DNA of 24,000 nt. Origin: Rickettsiales bacterium Ac37b (lineage in GTDB: Bacteria > Pseudomonadota > Alphaproteobacteria > Rickettsiales > Arcanibacteraceae). The notes beneath the pieces are model-generated. The model was not told the origin of the DNA, made no database searches, and saw only the letters and a program-made list of their open reading frames with translations. Within the stretch, counting starts at the first letter, position 1; each line of letters begins with the position of its first letter. The stretch spans positions 724,662 through 748,661 of the forward strand of contig CP009217.2 of assembly GCA_000746585.2 (NCBI GenBank), written 5' to 3'. Both the position numbers and the translations under genes were made by a program. This document shows, piece after piece, positions 1-9,553 of this stretch.

Positions 1-71
1 AAGGTATAGAGCCTATTAAATAAGACATTATCAAAGTAAAAACGTATAATACATTTAAATTCAATACTTGT

Positions 72-1091
72 TCAGTTAAGTGTCTCATTCTTTTTCTTTT
101 GCTTTAATTGATTTCTATAATGGCTTACATTACGATTATGCTCTAATAAACTTTCTGTAAATTTATGACCATTAGTAAGTGGATCTAGTACAAAAAATAA
201 TTCTTTGCTATCTAAAGGTGCAAGCACTGCTTCAAGCGCATCTTTACCAGGATTAGATATAGCTGTAGGTGGCAAACCATAATTAATATATGTATTAAAT
301 TCTGATATTATCTTTAAATCATCCCTGGTTAATGCACGTCCTAAATATCCTTTCTTATCTGTTATAATATAAATAATCGTAGGATCAGCCTGAAGTTTTA
401 TTCCTTGATTTAAACGATTTATAAATACCGCTGCTATTCTTCTTTGCTCACTTTTGAGTGATGTTTCTTTTTCTATAATAGAGGCAAGTATTACCATATC
501 CTCTTTATTTTTGATTAGTAATTTATTATTTAAATCACGATTCTCCCATAATTCATCAACAAGTTTAGACATTTTATGCTGCATATTATTTATAATAGCT
601 TGCTTTTTTTCTCCATAGTGGAAAAAATAGGTACTTGGAAAAAGAGAACCTTCCTTAATATTATCAACTATTTTACCAAATAATAAAGGCTCTTCATTCA
701 AAATCTCTATAACGCGTTTAGCAGTTATTCCTTCAGGAAAAGTAATACTATGTACTACATATTTACCATTTATAATCTTTTCTAAGATTTGCTTTGGTGT
801 TATAGCAGCATTAAAAGCATACTCACCTGCCTTTAATTTATGGAAATGACCTACCACCCTTGCTGTTAACTGAAATATTAGCGGGTATTTAATTACTCCT
901 TCACTATATAATTGCTTTGTAATATGACTAATTGAACTACCAGGAGCAATAATCAAAATCTTCTCCGTTGATAATGGCCCCTCTTTATTAACATAAATAT
1001 ATCCAATACCAATAACTATCCCTATAATAAAGATTGCTATAGTGAATAATGCAAAAATCCTTTTACATAATCTATAGCAATTAGCTAACAT
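72..1091 (-). CDS. mltG: Endolytic murein transglycosylase MltG (YceG-like)
   Basis: 339-aa ORF with an N-terminal TM helix (FALFTIAIFIIGIVIGIGYIY). YceG-type blocks ASIIEKET, AAVFINRL, LQADPTIIY and YNTYINYGLPPTAISNPG are present. The start lies 1 nt after the fabF stop, the usual fabF-mltG linkage. Confidence 0.9.
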   Translation of the reverse strand: MLANCYRLCKRIFALFTIAIFIIGIVIGIGYIYVNKEGPLSTEKILIIAPGSSISHITKQLYSEGVIKYPLIFQLTARVVGHFHKLKAGEYAFNAAITPKQILEKIINGKYVVHSITFPEGITAKRVIEILNEEPLLFGKIVDNIKEGSLFPSTYFFHYGEKKQAIINNMQHKMSKLVDELWENRDLNNKLLIKNKEDMVILASIIEKETSLKSEQRRIAAVFINRLNQGIKLQADPTIIYIITDKKGYLGRALTRDDLKIISEFNTYINYGLPPTAISNPGKDALEAVLAPLDSKELFFVLDPLTNGHKFTESLLEHNRNVSHYRNQLKQKKKNETLN

Positions 1092-1092
1092 A

Positions 1093-2349
1093 TTACAGCT
1101 TTTTAAACACTAAACTAGCGTTTGTTCCCCCAAAACCGAAAGAATTCGACATCACTGCTTTCAATTTTTTTTCTTTCGCAATATTAGGAACCAAATCTAT
1201 CTTACAATTTTCAGGAGGATTTTCTAAATTAATGGTAGGAGGCATAGTATTATCACTCATTGCAAGCAAGGAAAATATAGCTTCTACACTTCCTGCAGCT
1301 CCAAGTAAATGACCTATACATGATTTAGTTGAAGACATAGATAATTTATTAGCTTCCTCGCCGAAAATTCTCTCTACTGTAGCCAACTCTATTTCATCTC
1401 CTATAGGGGTAGATGTACCATGAGCATTCACATAACCTATATCAGATAATGATAAACCTGACTTCTCAATTGCTCTTTTCATAGCTTTATAAGCACCACG
1501 TCCTTCAGGATGAGGAGCTGTAATATGATAAGCATCTCCACTAAGGCCATACCCAACTACCTCTCCGTAAATCTTTGCACCACGTTTTTTTGCATGCTCA
1601 TATTCTTCCAGAACAAGAACACCGGATCCCTCGCCCATAACAAACCCGTCTCTATCCTTATCCCATGGTCTAGAAGCTTTGGTTGGATTATCATTAAAGT
1701 TTGTAGATAGCGCACGCGCTGCTGCAAAGCCAGCGACACCTATCATACATATAGCACCCTCTGTACCACCAGCAACCATAGCATCAGCTTCACCTAAGGC
1801 AATTAATTGAGCTGCATCTCCTATAGCATGAGCACCCGTTGAGCAAGCAGTCACTACTGAGTGATTAGGACCCATAAGACCATATTTTATAGAAACATGA
1901 CCAGATACTAAATTTATTAAACTAGCTGGAATAAAAAAAGGACTAAGCTTTCTAGCACCTTTTTCATGTACCATAATTGAATTTTCTTCAATGAAAGGTA
2001 ACCCACCTATACCCGAGCCAATCATTACCCCTATATTTTCATGTTCGCCACTATCTGCTTGGACCAACCCTGAATCTTCTATAGCTTGAGTAGCAGCACA
2101 TATACCATATAAAACAAAACGATCTATTCTTCGTTGATCTTTTGCAGATACTACTAGCTCTGTATCTATTCCTCCTCTCTCATCTTTAGTTGGTACCTGA
2201 CCAGCCACTCTACATGATAATGACGATGCATCAAATCTGTCAATTTCTCGAATGCCTGATTCTCCCTGTAATAGCCTTTGCCATACAACCGGAACACCAT
2301 AACCTAAAGGCGTTACTAAACCTATACCTGTTACTACGACTCGTCTCAT
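1093..2349 (-). CDS. fabF: 3-oxoacyl-ACP synthase II (KAS II)
   Basis: 418-aa ORF. Active-site Cys is in VVTACSTGAH, and the catalytic His motifs are AHGTSTP and CIGHLLGAAG. The C-terminal SNSFGFGGTNASLVF is present. It follows acpP as in the canonical fab cluster. Confidence 0.95.
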   Translation of the reverse strand: MRRVVVTGIGLVTPLGYGVPVVWQRLLQGESGIREIDRFDASSLSCRVAGQVPTKDERGGIDTELVVSAKDQRRIDRFVLYGICAATQAIEDSGLVQADSGEHENIGVMIGSGIGGLPFIEENSIMVHEKGARKLSPFFIPASLINLVSGHVSIKYGLMGPNHSVVTACSTGAHAIGDAAQLIALGEADAMVAGGTEGAICMIGVAGFAAARALSTNFNDNPTKASRPWDKDRDGFVMGEGSGVLVLEEYEHAKKRGAKIYGEVVGYGLSGDAYHITAPHPEGRGAYKAMKRAIEKSGLSLSDIGYVNAHGTSTPIGDEIELATVERIFGEEANKLSMSSTKSCIGHLLGAAGSVEAIFSLLAMSDNTMPPTINLENPPENCKIDLVPNIAKEKKLKAVMSNSFGFGGTNASLVFKKL

Positions 2350-2472
2350 ATCTTTACTCTCTATTAACTATGATTCTTAAATAAATATACATTATTTTCT
2401 AACCCAAAACTATTAATTGAGAATGTGTAGACCATGGCAACCTATTGAATTGTTGACTTATCATTGTCTTTG

Positions 2473-2760
2473 TTATTTGTCTGTTATTTCTTCATTCTTA
2501 AACTGAGCATCATATATAAAAGATACTGCATCAGAAACTTTTTTAATTTTTTCTGCTATATCATCAGAAATACTACAGTTAAATTCTTCTTCAAAAGCCA
2601 TTACTAGCTCTACCTGATCTAAACTATCAGTACCTAAATCATCTGCAAAACTAGCTTCCATAGTAACTTTCTCTGCTTCAACATTACAATGGTCAATTAC
2701 TATTTTTTTTACACGTTCTTCTATCTCGTCTCTATTAATTTTTTTTTGCTTGTCATTCAT
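2473..2760 (-). CDS. acpP: Acyl carrier protein
   Basis: Phosphopantetheine attachment motif [21 protein letters not shown] place the start at the internal ATG at 2760 ([21 protein letters not shown]), which is preceded by AAAGAGGAAAAG (SD). The 28 codons further upstream in the track ORF have no ACP counterpart. Confidence 0.9.
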   Translation of the reverse strand: MNDKQKKINRDEIEERVKKIVIDHCNVEAEKVTMEASFADDLGTDSLDQVELVMAFEEEFNCSISDDIAEKIKKVSDAVSFIYDAQFKNEEITDK

Positions 2761-2850
2761 ACACTTTTCCTCTTTAAAGTTTGTCTTACAAAAGATCAAA
2801 AATATTTTCTGGGTTATAACACTTAGTTTAATAAATTTCCACAAAAATAT

Positions 2851-3588
2851 TTACGTCATCAACATCCCCCCATTTATATGTATTGTTTGTCCTGTAATAT
2901 AAGACGATTCTTCACTAGCTAAAAATACTACACTATAAGCAATATCCTCAGGCGTACCAAATCTTCCTAGAGGAATTTTTTTCAAATGTATTGCTTGTTG
3001 CTCTTCTGTTAATACTTCTGTCATAGGAGTAACAATAAATCCTGGCGCTATACAATTAACCGTAATGTTTCTACTTGCCACTTCCAAAGCCAAAGATTTA
3101 GACATTGCTACTAGACCGCCTTTAGAAGCCGCATAATTAGCCTGCCCTAAGTTACCAGTCACTCCAACAATAGACGATATATTAATTATACGACCATATC
3201 TGTTTTTTATCATATGTTTAATAGCTGCACGATTTAATATAAAATTAGCATTTAAATTAATTTGTATTACTTCAGAAAAATCTTCATTTTTCATACGCAT
3301 TGCCAAAGTATCTCTAGTTATTCCTGCATTACAAACTATTATATCTATTTTACCTAATAATGTTTCAGCCTCAGGTATCAACGCTTCTACTTCCTCAATC
3401 TTAGAAAGGTTACAAGATTTGATATATACTCTTTCTCCTAAGTCATTTGCTATTTTTTCTAGTATCTCTGTTTTTGTACCTGAAATCAATATAGTAGCAC
3501 CTTGGGCATGTAATTCTTTCGCGATAGCCTTACCTATTCCACCTGATGCTCCCGTAACAACAACTGTCCTGCCCGATAAATCAAACAT
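2851..3588 (-). CDS. fabG: 3-oxoacyl-ACP reductase (SDR family)
   Basis: 245-aa ORF with the cofactor motif TGASGGIGKAIA, NAG, and catalytic YAASKGG. It sits immediately upstream of acpP and fabF. Confidence 0.9.
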   Translation of the reverse strand: MFDLSGRTVVVTGASGGIGKAIAKELHAQGATILISGTKTEILEKIANDLGERVYIKSCNLSKIEEVEALIPEAETLLGKIDIIVCNAGITRDTLAMRMKNEDFSEVIQINLNANFILNRAAIKHMIKNRYGRIINISSIVGVTGNLGQANYAASKGGLVAMSKSLALEVASRNITVNCIAPGFIVTPMTEVLTEEQQAIHLKKIPLGRFGTPEDIAYSVVFLASEESSYITGQTIHINGGMLMT

Positions 3589-3716
3589 TTAAACTCCTTA
3601 TAATTAGTAGATAGTAAATTGATTTAAATTCGAGACACAGTTAGCTCAAAGCTCTCTTACTATTTGTAGGCTTCGCTTATTGCTCCTAGTCCCAAATACA
3701 ACTTAATTTACTATAG

Positions 3717-5174
3717 TTATGCTCCTGCACTTAAAGAAAATCCTACTTTATCATCAAAACTGTAGAGATTTTCTGTTTTTATGAAATCAAACCCTTGAGC
3801 ATTTAGTTTATTCAATAAATAAATTATGTGCTCATGCGTAGTCTTTTTTTCCTGATTATTTAGTACAAAACGGGCATTCCAATGGTCCCCCCCTCCTCGA
3901 TTAAAACTATTTTCTTCTACAGGCCATATTTTAAGCCCTCTACATGAAAGTACTTGTAATCTTAATTCTCCATCAGCAATACTATTTAATTTTTCTGCTA
4001 ATTCTATACCATCTTTAGACCAATCAAAATAAATATCTACCCCTACTAATTGTTTACTTTCTACTGTCTGATCTACCAAATTTTGGTGCATAGTATTTTT
4101 TAAACTATCTTTATACTCAACAGCTTGCATTTTAGTGGGTTTTTCTCCTAATCTTGCAATAATTTCTTGTGCAAATTCCTTAGTACCTACCTTCTTGTTG
4201 CTATATTCTTCTCTATAAATATCAGCTGTATGGATACCATCTTCAAGCGTTTTCAACCAAGCATTATGTATTTTGCTTGCAATATCGCCTTGTCCAAGAT
4301 GGACTAACATCATAATACTCGCATGCAACAACCCTGAAGGATTAGCACGATTTTGATCTGCTATAAGCGGCGCAGAACCGTGTATTGCCTCAAACATAGC
4401 ATATTCAGCACCTATATTCGCAGAACCAGCTAACCCAACTGAACCAGAAGTTTCCGCTACAATATCGGATATTATATCGCCATATAGATTCGATGTGACC
4501 ACTACATCAAAATTCTCTGGTGTATTAGCTAATCTAGCTGCCCCTATATCAATAATATAATGATCTTTTTCTATTTGAGGATAAGATTCTGCTATTTCAT
4601 CAAACACTTTATGAAATAGACCATCTGTCATTTTCATAATATTATCTTTGCTTAAACAAGTAACTTTTCTACGATTATTATTTACGGCATATTCAAAAGC
4701 ATATCTTATAATACGTTCACAACCAGAACGAGAAATCATTTTTATTGCATGACACATATCACGTGTTTGTCTATATTCAATACCAGTATAAAGATCCTCT
4801 TCATTTTCTCTAACAATTACTAAATTCATAGCAGGGTGAAAAGTTTTTACAAAAGGTGGATATGCTATACATGGTCTAACATTCGCATAAAGACTTAAGC
4901 TTTTTCTTAATGTAACATTTAAACTTTTATATCCCCCGCCTTGAGGAGTAGTAATTGGTCCTTTAAGTAATATCTTTGTATTTTTTAGAGATTCCCACAT
5001 ATCAGGCCCTATCCCCGTATTATATCCTCGTTCATATAATACTTTGCCCACTTCCACTGTTTGGATAGTTATTCTTGCTTTAGCATATTTTAACACTTCT
5101 AATACTGCTTCAGTAATTTCAGGACCTATTCCATCACCATAAGCAACTGTTATTGGATAACTACCTTGCGTCAT
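3717..5174 (-). CDS. icd: Isocitrate dehydrogenase, long alphaproteobacterial (Rickettsia-type) form with C-terminal extension
   Basis: 485-aa ORF with isocitrate/isopropylmalate dehydrogenase family blocks: ITVAYGDGIGPEI, GGGYKSLNVTLRK, IVRENEEDLYTGIEY, SNLYGDIISD, GSAPLIA. About 130 residues follow the dehydrogenase core, as in the roughly 480-aa Rickettsia Icd as I remember it. Confidence 0.85.
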   Translation of the reverse strand: MTQGSYPITVAYGDGIGPEITEAVLEVLKYAKARITIQTVEVGKVLYERGYNTGIGPDMWESLKNTKILLKGPITTPQGGGYKSLNVTLRKSLSLYANVRPCIAYPPFVKTFHPAMNLVIVRENEEDLYTGIEYRQTRDMCHAIKMISRSGCERIIRYAFEYAVNNNRRKVTCLSKDNIMKMTDGLFHKVFDEIAESYPQIEKDHYIIDIGAARLANTPENFDVVVTSNLYGDIISDIVAETSGSVGLAGSANIGAEYAMFEAIHGSAPLIADQNRANPSGLLHASIMMLVHLGQGDIASKIHNAWLKTLEDGIHTADIYREEYSNKKVGTKEFAQEIIARLGEKPTKMQAVEYKDSLKNTMHQNLVDQTVESKQLVGVDIYFDWSKDGIELAEKLNSIADGELRLQVLSCRGLKIWPVEENSFNRGGGDHWNARFVLNNQEKKTTHEHIIYLLNKLNAQGFDFIKTENLYSFDDKVGFSLSAGA

Positions 5175-5245
5175 ATGAACCTCTAAAAAATAAAAGTTAC
5201 TCTTAAAATATAATTCATCATATATCAGCAGTAAACAAAAGGCAA

Positions 5246-7009
5246 TCAGTCATTCTTAACTTGTAGCTTTACCAAATAAGAATAAAGGCCTTGTTTTTTT
5301 ATTAATTCTTGATGAGTGCCAATATCTTCTATTTGCCCTTCACTCATTACTATAATACGGTCTGCATTCATTACTGTTGATAGTCGATGTGCTATTATAA
5401 TAGTAGTACGCTTTGCCATTAATTCATTTAATGCTTGCTGCACTTGTTGCTCGTTATGATTATCAAGGTTACTAGTTGCTTCATCTAATAATAACACTTG
5501 AGGATTAGCAATAATAGCTCTTGCAATTGCTATACGCTGTCTTTCTCCACCCGAAATTCTTACACCTTTTTCTCCTAAGAATGTATGCATTCCTTGTGGT
5601 AGCTTTTCTAAAAAATCTAGTATATTTGCGGTAGAAGCAGCACGTCTTATTTCCTGTTCAGTAGCTTCAATTTTTCCATATTTTATATTATCATACGCCG
5701 TAGCTGAAAAAATTGTAGCATCCTGCGAAACTAAAGCAAATTGTCCCCTTAATTCTTTTAAAGATAATTCCTGTATATTAATATTATTGAGTTTTATATA
5801 ACCTTTATTAGGATCATAAAATCTCAGTAATAAATTAAATAAGGTAGTTTTACCAGCCCCTGATGGACCAACTACAGCTACTTTTTCACCCTTATTAATT
5901 ATAAAGCTAAAATTTTTGAATATTACAGTATCAATACGCGCTGGATAAGAAAATGTAATATTTTCAAATTTAATAGTACTAATTTCGTTATTCCCGAGTG
6001 AAATAGGCACAGCTGGATCACATATATCAGATTTTAAATTTAATAATTCAAATAACCTTTCTGATGCAGCTGAAGCTCTTTGTATATCACCTATAACTTC
6101 ACTTAACCCGCCTATACTACTTGCTACTAAAATCGAATAAAAGATAAAAGATGATAGTTCTCCGGCTGTCATTTTACCATGTATGACATCTCCACCTCCA
6201 ATCCATAACACTAATAGAATAGATGCAAATACAGTAACTATTACTATACCAGCAAGTAGAGATCTCATTTTAATCCATTGACTAGCAGAAAATAATGCGC
6301 TCTCAACATTCAGAACAAAAGCATTATTTTCAAATCTTTCTCTACAAAAAGCCTGTACTATTTTAATCCCATTAATAGTTTCTTCTACATGAGCACCAAT
6401 ATTAGCTATTTTCTCTTGATGAATTTTTGATAACTTTCTTACTTGACGCCCTATTAAAATAATGATTACTAGCACTAAAGGGACAGTAATTATCACACAT
6501 AATGTTAGTTTTATACTCGTTACTATAAGTAATATAAACCCTCCTATTGCCATTAATAAATTACGCAACGAAGTAGAAAATACTGAACCAATAGTATTAC
6601 TTAAAAGTAAGGTATCATTAGTTAACCTAGAAATAATATCACTTGTTTTATTAGATTCAAAAAAATTAGGAGAAACATATAAGATGTGATTATATACAGA
6701 CTTACGTATATCCGCAATAATACCCTCTCCAATATTATTTATGAAATATGCACGTATAAAAGTCGCAATTGCTAACATTATTATTATAGCAAACAATATT
6801 AGCAAGGATTTTTGAAGTAAATATGTATCAGCTTGACTAAATCCTTGATCAATTAAAATACCTATTGCTTTACCAAGCATTAATACACTAACTGAAGTAA
6901 AAGTTAAAGCTATAAATACCCACATTAACTTTAAACGGTAAGGTATAAAATATTTTAGCATATGCTTTAAAGTATAGGAACGTTGTTCCTTAGTATTAAT
7001 ATTTACCAT
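5246..7009 (-). CDS. ABC half-transporter (fused 6-TM permease + ATPase, ABCB/MsbA/Atm1-like exporter)
   Basis: 587-aa ORF with an N-terminal hydrophobic TMD. Walker A is GPSGAGKTT, the signature is ISGGERQRIAIARA, Walker B is LLLDEATS and the H-loop is IIAHRLST. The start lies 2 nt after the cyaY stop. Confidence 0.85.
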   Translation of the reverse strand: MVNINTKEQRSYTLKHMLKYFIPYRLKLMWVFIALTFTSVSVLMLGKAIGILIDQGFSQADTYLLQKSLLILFAIIIMLAIATFIRAYFINNIGEGIIADIRKSVYNHILYVSPNFFESNKTSDIISRLTNDTLLLSNTIGSVFSTSLRNLLMAIGGFILLIVTSIKLTLCVIITVPLVLVIIILIGRQVRKLSKIHQEKIANIGAHVEETINGIKIVQAFCRERFENNAFVLNVESALFSASQWIKMRSLLAGIVIVTVFASILLVLWIGGGDVIHGKMTAGELSSFIFYSILVASSIGGLSEVIGDIQRASAASERLFELLNLKSDICDPAVPISLGNNEISTIKFENITFSYPARIDTVIFKNFSFIINKGEKVAVVGPSGAGKTTLFNLLLRFYDPNKGYIKLNNINIQELSLKELRGQFALVSQDATIFSATAYDNIKYGKIEATEQEIRRAASTANILDFLEKLPQGMHTFLGEKGVRISGGERQRIAIARAIIANPQVLLLDEATSNLDNHNEQQVQQALNELMAKRTTIIIAHRLSTVMNADRIIVMSEGQIEDIGTHQELIKKQGLYSYLVKLQVKND

Positions 7010-7011
7010 AT

Positions 7012-7335
7012 TTATATAATACGCTTTAATTCTCCTATTATAAGATCTTCTAACTCTTTACCTTCTTTATCAAGCCATAATTTTTTCGATATATCATAAG
7101 AAAAATAATACGTACCAGTAAGCGGAGAAGAAAACCAAATCTGCCGAGAAGGAGAGTGTTTATTAATAACATATTCTTGATTCTTCTCAGAAGCTATATA
7201 TAATACCTCGTTATTTACAAAATCTATTTCTAAATCATTAAATGCTTCATTAGTTTCAAGCTTTTCATACAAATTTTCTAAACTATTAATGGCTAAAATG
7301 TTAAATTCCATGTATATTCCTGTGTAATCATTCAT
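7012..7335 (-). CDS. cyaY: Frataxin homolog CyaY (iron-sulfur cluster assembly)
   Basis: The 107-aa ORF is colinear with E. coli CyaY (EF..L....L..L...LE, IINKHSPSRQIWFSSPLTGTYYF, W.D..G..L.DL). The ATG at 7311 (MEFNILA) has a better-spaced AGGA, so the true start may be 24 nt downstream. Confidence 0.8.
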   Translation of the reverse strand: MNDYTGIYMEFNILAINSLENLYEKLETNEAFNDLEIDFVNNEVLYIASEKNQEYVINKHSPSRQIWFSSPLTGTYYFSYDISKKLWLDKEGKELEDLIIGELKRII

Positions 7336-7442
7336 TTCCTATACTTATTAATATACTTTAATATTCATATAACATATGCTATGTATAAAACAATGCAATG
7401 GAAATTTATAGAAAAAATTTTAAAAACTATTAAAATACTTAA

Positions 7443-9350
7443 ATGTCTTCACCATCTAAATCTAATAAAAAATTATTAGCTAAAACACCTAATCTTCTCA
7501 AACATAAAACCACTAAACCAAGATTCATGCTTTTTAACATTTTCAAACATTTATGCAAGTGGACATTAATAATCATGATATGGTGTCTCACTATTACTGC
7601 TAGTATATTACTTTATTATAGCCATGACCTACCTGATTTAACTAAACTTGAACAGCTACAAAAACAAAGATCTATTACTTTACTTAATACCAATAATGAA
7701 ATCCTAGCTCGTTTTGGTGACTTATATGGTAATTATCTTGATTTCCAGCATATACCTAAAGTTCTCATCCAAGCAGTACTTGCAACTGAAGATAGACGCT
7801 TTTTTTACCATCCAGGAATCGATGTTATAGGGTTAATACGTGCTACTTATGCAAACTATAAAGCTGGATATGTAGTACAAGGCGGGAGCACCATCACCCA
7901 ACAATTAGCTAAAATTATTTTTCTTACGCCCGAGCGTACTATAAAACGCAAGATCCAAGAATTAGTTCTAGCTTTAATCTTAGAAAGGAAATTTACTAAA
8001 CAACAAATTCTTGCTATATATTTAAATAGGGTATATTTAGGATCAGGAATCTATGGTGTAGATGCTGCAGCTAAATATTATTTTGGCAAAGAAATATCAC
8101 AAATTAATCTATATGAAGCAGCAATTATAGCTGGATTATTAAAAGCACCCTCACGTTATACTCCTATTAAAAATATTGAATTGTCTGGTAAGCGTGCTTT
8201 TCAAATTTTGCTTAATATGAAAGAAGCTGGATTTATTACAGATAATGATATTAAAGCCACTAAACATACTGTAGTATTACTTAATACTTCTGCGCTTGGA
8301 AGATTAAAAAATTTATATTTTGCAACTTGGATAGTAGACCAAATCAATAATTTTACTAATGATATAGAGTCTGACCTAATTATAAAAACTACACTTGATC
8401 TAAAGTTAGAACAATATGCAGAAGAAGCCGTACAAAAAATTATCAAGCTACATGGGCATAAATATAATACCACAGAAGCTTCTATGGTAGTGCTATCAAA
8501 ACATGGAGAGGTTTTAGCTATGGTAGGGGGTACGAATTATCATTCAAGCCCATTTAATAGAGCAGTACAAGCACAACGGCAAGCTGGCTCTGCTTTTAAA
8601 TTATTTGTTTATGCAGCAGCACTAGAGAACGGATACAACACTAAAAGTATTATTTCTGATAGTCCTATTACTATAAATAAGTGGCAACCTAAAAATTATA
8701 CACGCCAATATTTAGGAGAAATAACCTTAGAAGAATCATTTGCACGCTCCATTAATACAGCTTCTGTAAAACTTTCTGAAAGTATTGGTAGAACAAAAGT
8801 AATAAGTTTTGCCCATAAATTAGGCATTACATCATACATACATTCCCATCCAAGTCTTGCTTTAGGAAGCGTAGAAGTAAATTTACTAGAATTAACTAGT
8901 GCTTTTGCAACTATCCCTAATAATGGCTATGCATTATGGCCATATGGCATTAAATCTATATATACGCAGAATGGTCGTATATTGTATAAGAGACAAATCT
9001 CTACCCCTACTCGTATCATGAACACCCAAACAGTGCTAGACCTAAAAAATTTGCTCCGAAGCGCTGTATCTACAGGTACAGGCAAGTCTGCTCAACTAGA
9101 AGAAAGAGCTGCATACGGCAAAACTGGTACCACTCAAGATTATAGAGATGCTTGGTTTATAGGTTTTGCAGGAGACCTTACAGCAGGTGTATGGGTAGGA
9201 AATGATAATAATCAACCAATGAAAAAAGTAACGGGTGGTACATTACCTGCTTATATATGGAAAGAATTTATGAATAATGCTCTGGGCAGCAATACAATAA
9301 TAGACTTACAAACCTTGAAAGAAATTTATCAAGAAGATTCTTTGCCATAA
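7443..9350 (+). CDS. Class A penicillin-binding protein (bifunctional glycosyltransferase/transpeptidase, PBP1A-type)
   Basis: 635-aa ORF with an N-terminal TM anchor. GT51 motifs are EDRRFFYHPGID, GGSTITQQLAK and RKIQE. Transpeptidase motifs are SAFK (SxxK), SIN (SxN) and KTGTT. Confidence 0.88.
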   Translation: MSSPSKSNKKLLAKTPNLLKHKTTKPRFMLFNIFKHLCKWTLIIMIWCLTITASILLYYSHDLPDLTKLEQLQKQRSITLLNTNNEILARFGDLYGNYLDFQHIPKVLIQAVLATEDRRFFYHPGIDVIGLIRATYANYKAGYVVQGGSTITQQLAKIIFLTPERTIKRKIQELVLALILERKFTKQQILAIYLNRVYLGSGIYGVDAAAKYYFGKEISQINLYEAAIIAGLLKAPSRYTPIKNIELSGKRAFQILLNMKEAGFITDNDIKATKHTVVLLNTSALGRLKNLYFATWIVDQINNFTNDIESDLIIKTTLDLKLEQYAEEAVQKIIKLHGHKYNTTEASMVVLSKHGEVLAMVGGTNYHSSPFNRAVQAQRQAGSAFKLFVYAAALENGYNTKSIISDSPITINKWQPKNYTRQYLGEITLEESFARSINTASVKLSESIGRTKVISFAHKLGITSYIHSHPSLALGSVEVNLLELTSAFATIPNNGYALWPYGIKSIYTQNGRILYKRQISTPTRIMNTQTVLDLKNLLRSAVSTGTGKSAQLEERAAYGKTGTTQDYRDAWFIGFAGDLTAGVWVGNDNNQPMKKVTGGTLPAYIWKEFMNNALGSNTIIDLQTLKEIYQEDSLP

Positions 9351-9553
9351 TTAAAACTATTAACATAATGTTATAATTTTGGACATAATATGTATTTCCG
9401 TAATATTTTTTATATTTATAATTTTTTTACCTTTTAGTATTATAAGATTTTACTTATTAATATTCAGATATATTAACATTTAAATATTTTAAAAATTCTA
9501 TTATAATAATATAGGTATTATAAATTAAACAATCCAATTTTACGGGGGTATAT

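Noticed and set aside
1510-2384. Track ORFs 1510..1710 (+), 1557..1739 (-) and 2190..2384 (+)
   Set aside because: All lie inside or across fabF, either antisense or out of frame. fabF has unambiguous KAS II motifs along its full length. The translations are low-complexity with no start context, so these are shadow ORFs.
2761-2844. 28-codon N-terminal extension of the acpP track ORF ([15 protein letters not shown]...)
   Set aside because: ACPs have no such leader. The internal ATG at 2760 has a strong SD and gives a normal ACP. The extension is just open intergenic sequence.
3589-3716. Relatively GC-richer fabG-icd spacer containing TAGCTCAAAGCTC, which looked briefly tRNA D-arm-like
   Set aside because: I could fold no acceptor stem, anticodon arm or GTTCRA T-loop on either strand. 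It is more likely the icd terminator or fabG promoter region.
6462-6689. 75-aa plus-strand ORF
   Set aside because: It is antisense within the TMD of the ABC transporter, so it is a shadow ORF.
8201-8473. 90-aa minus-strand ORF
   Set aside because: It is antisense within the class A PBP gene, with no motif and no SD.
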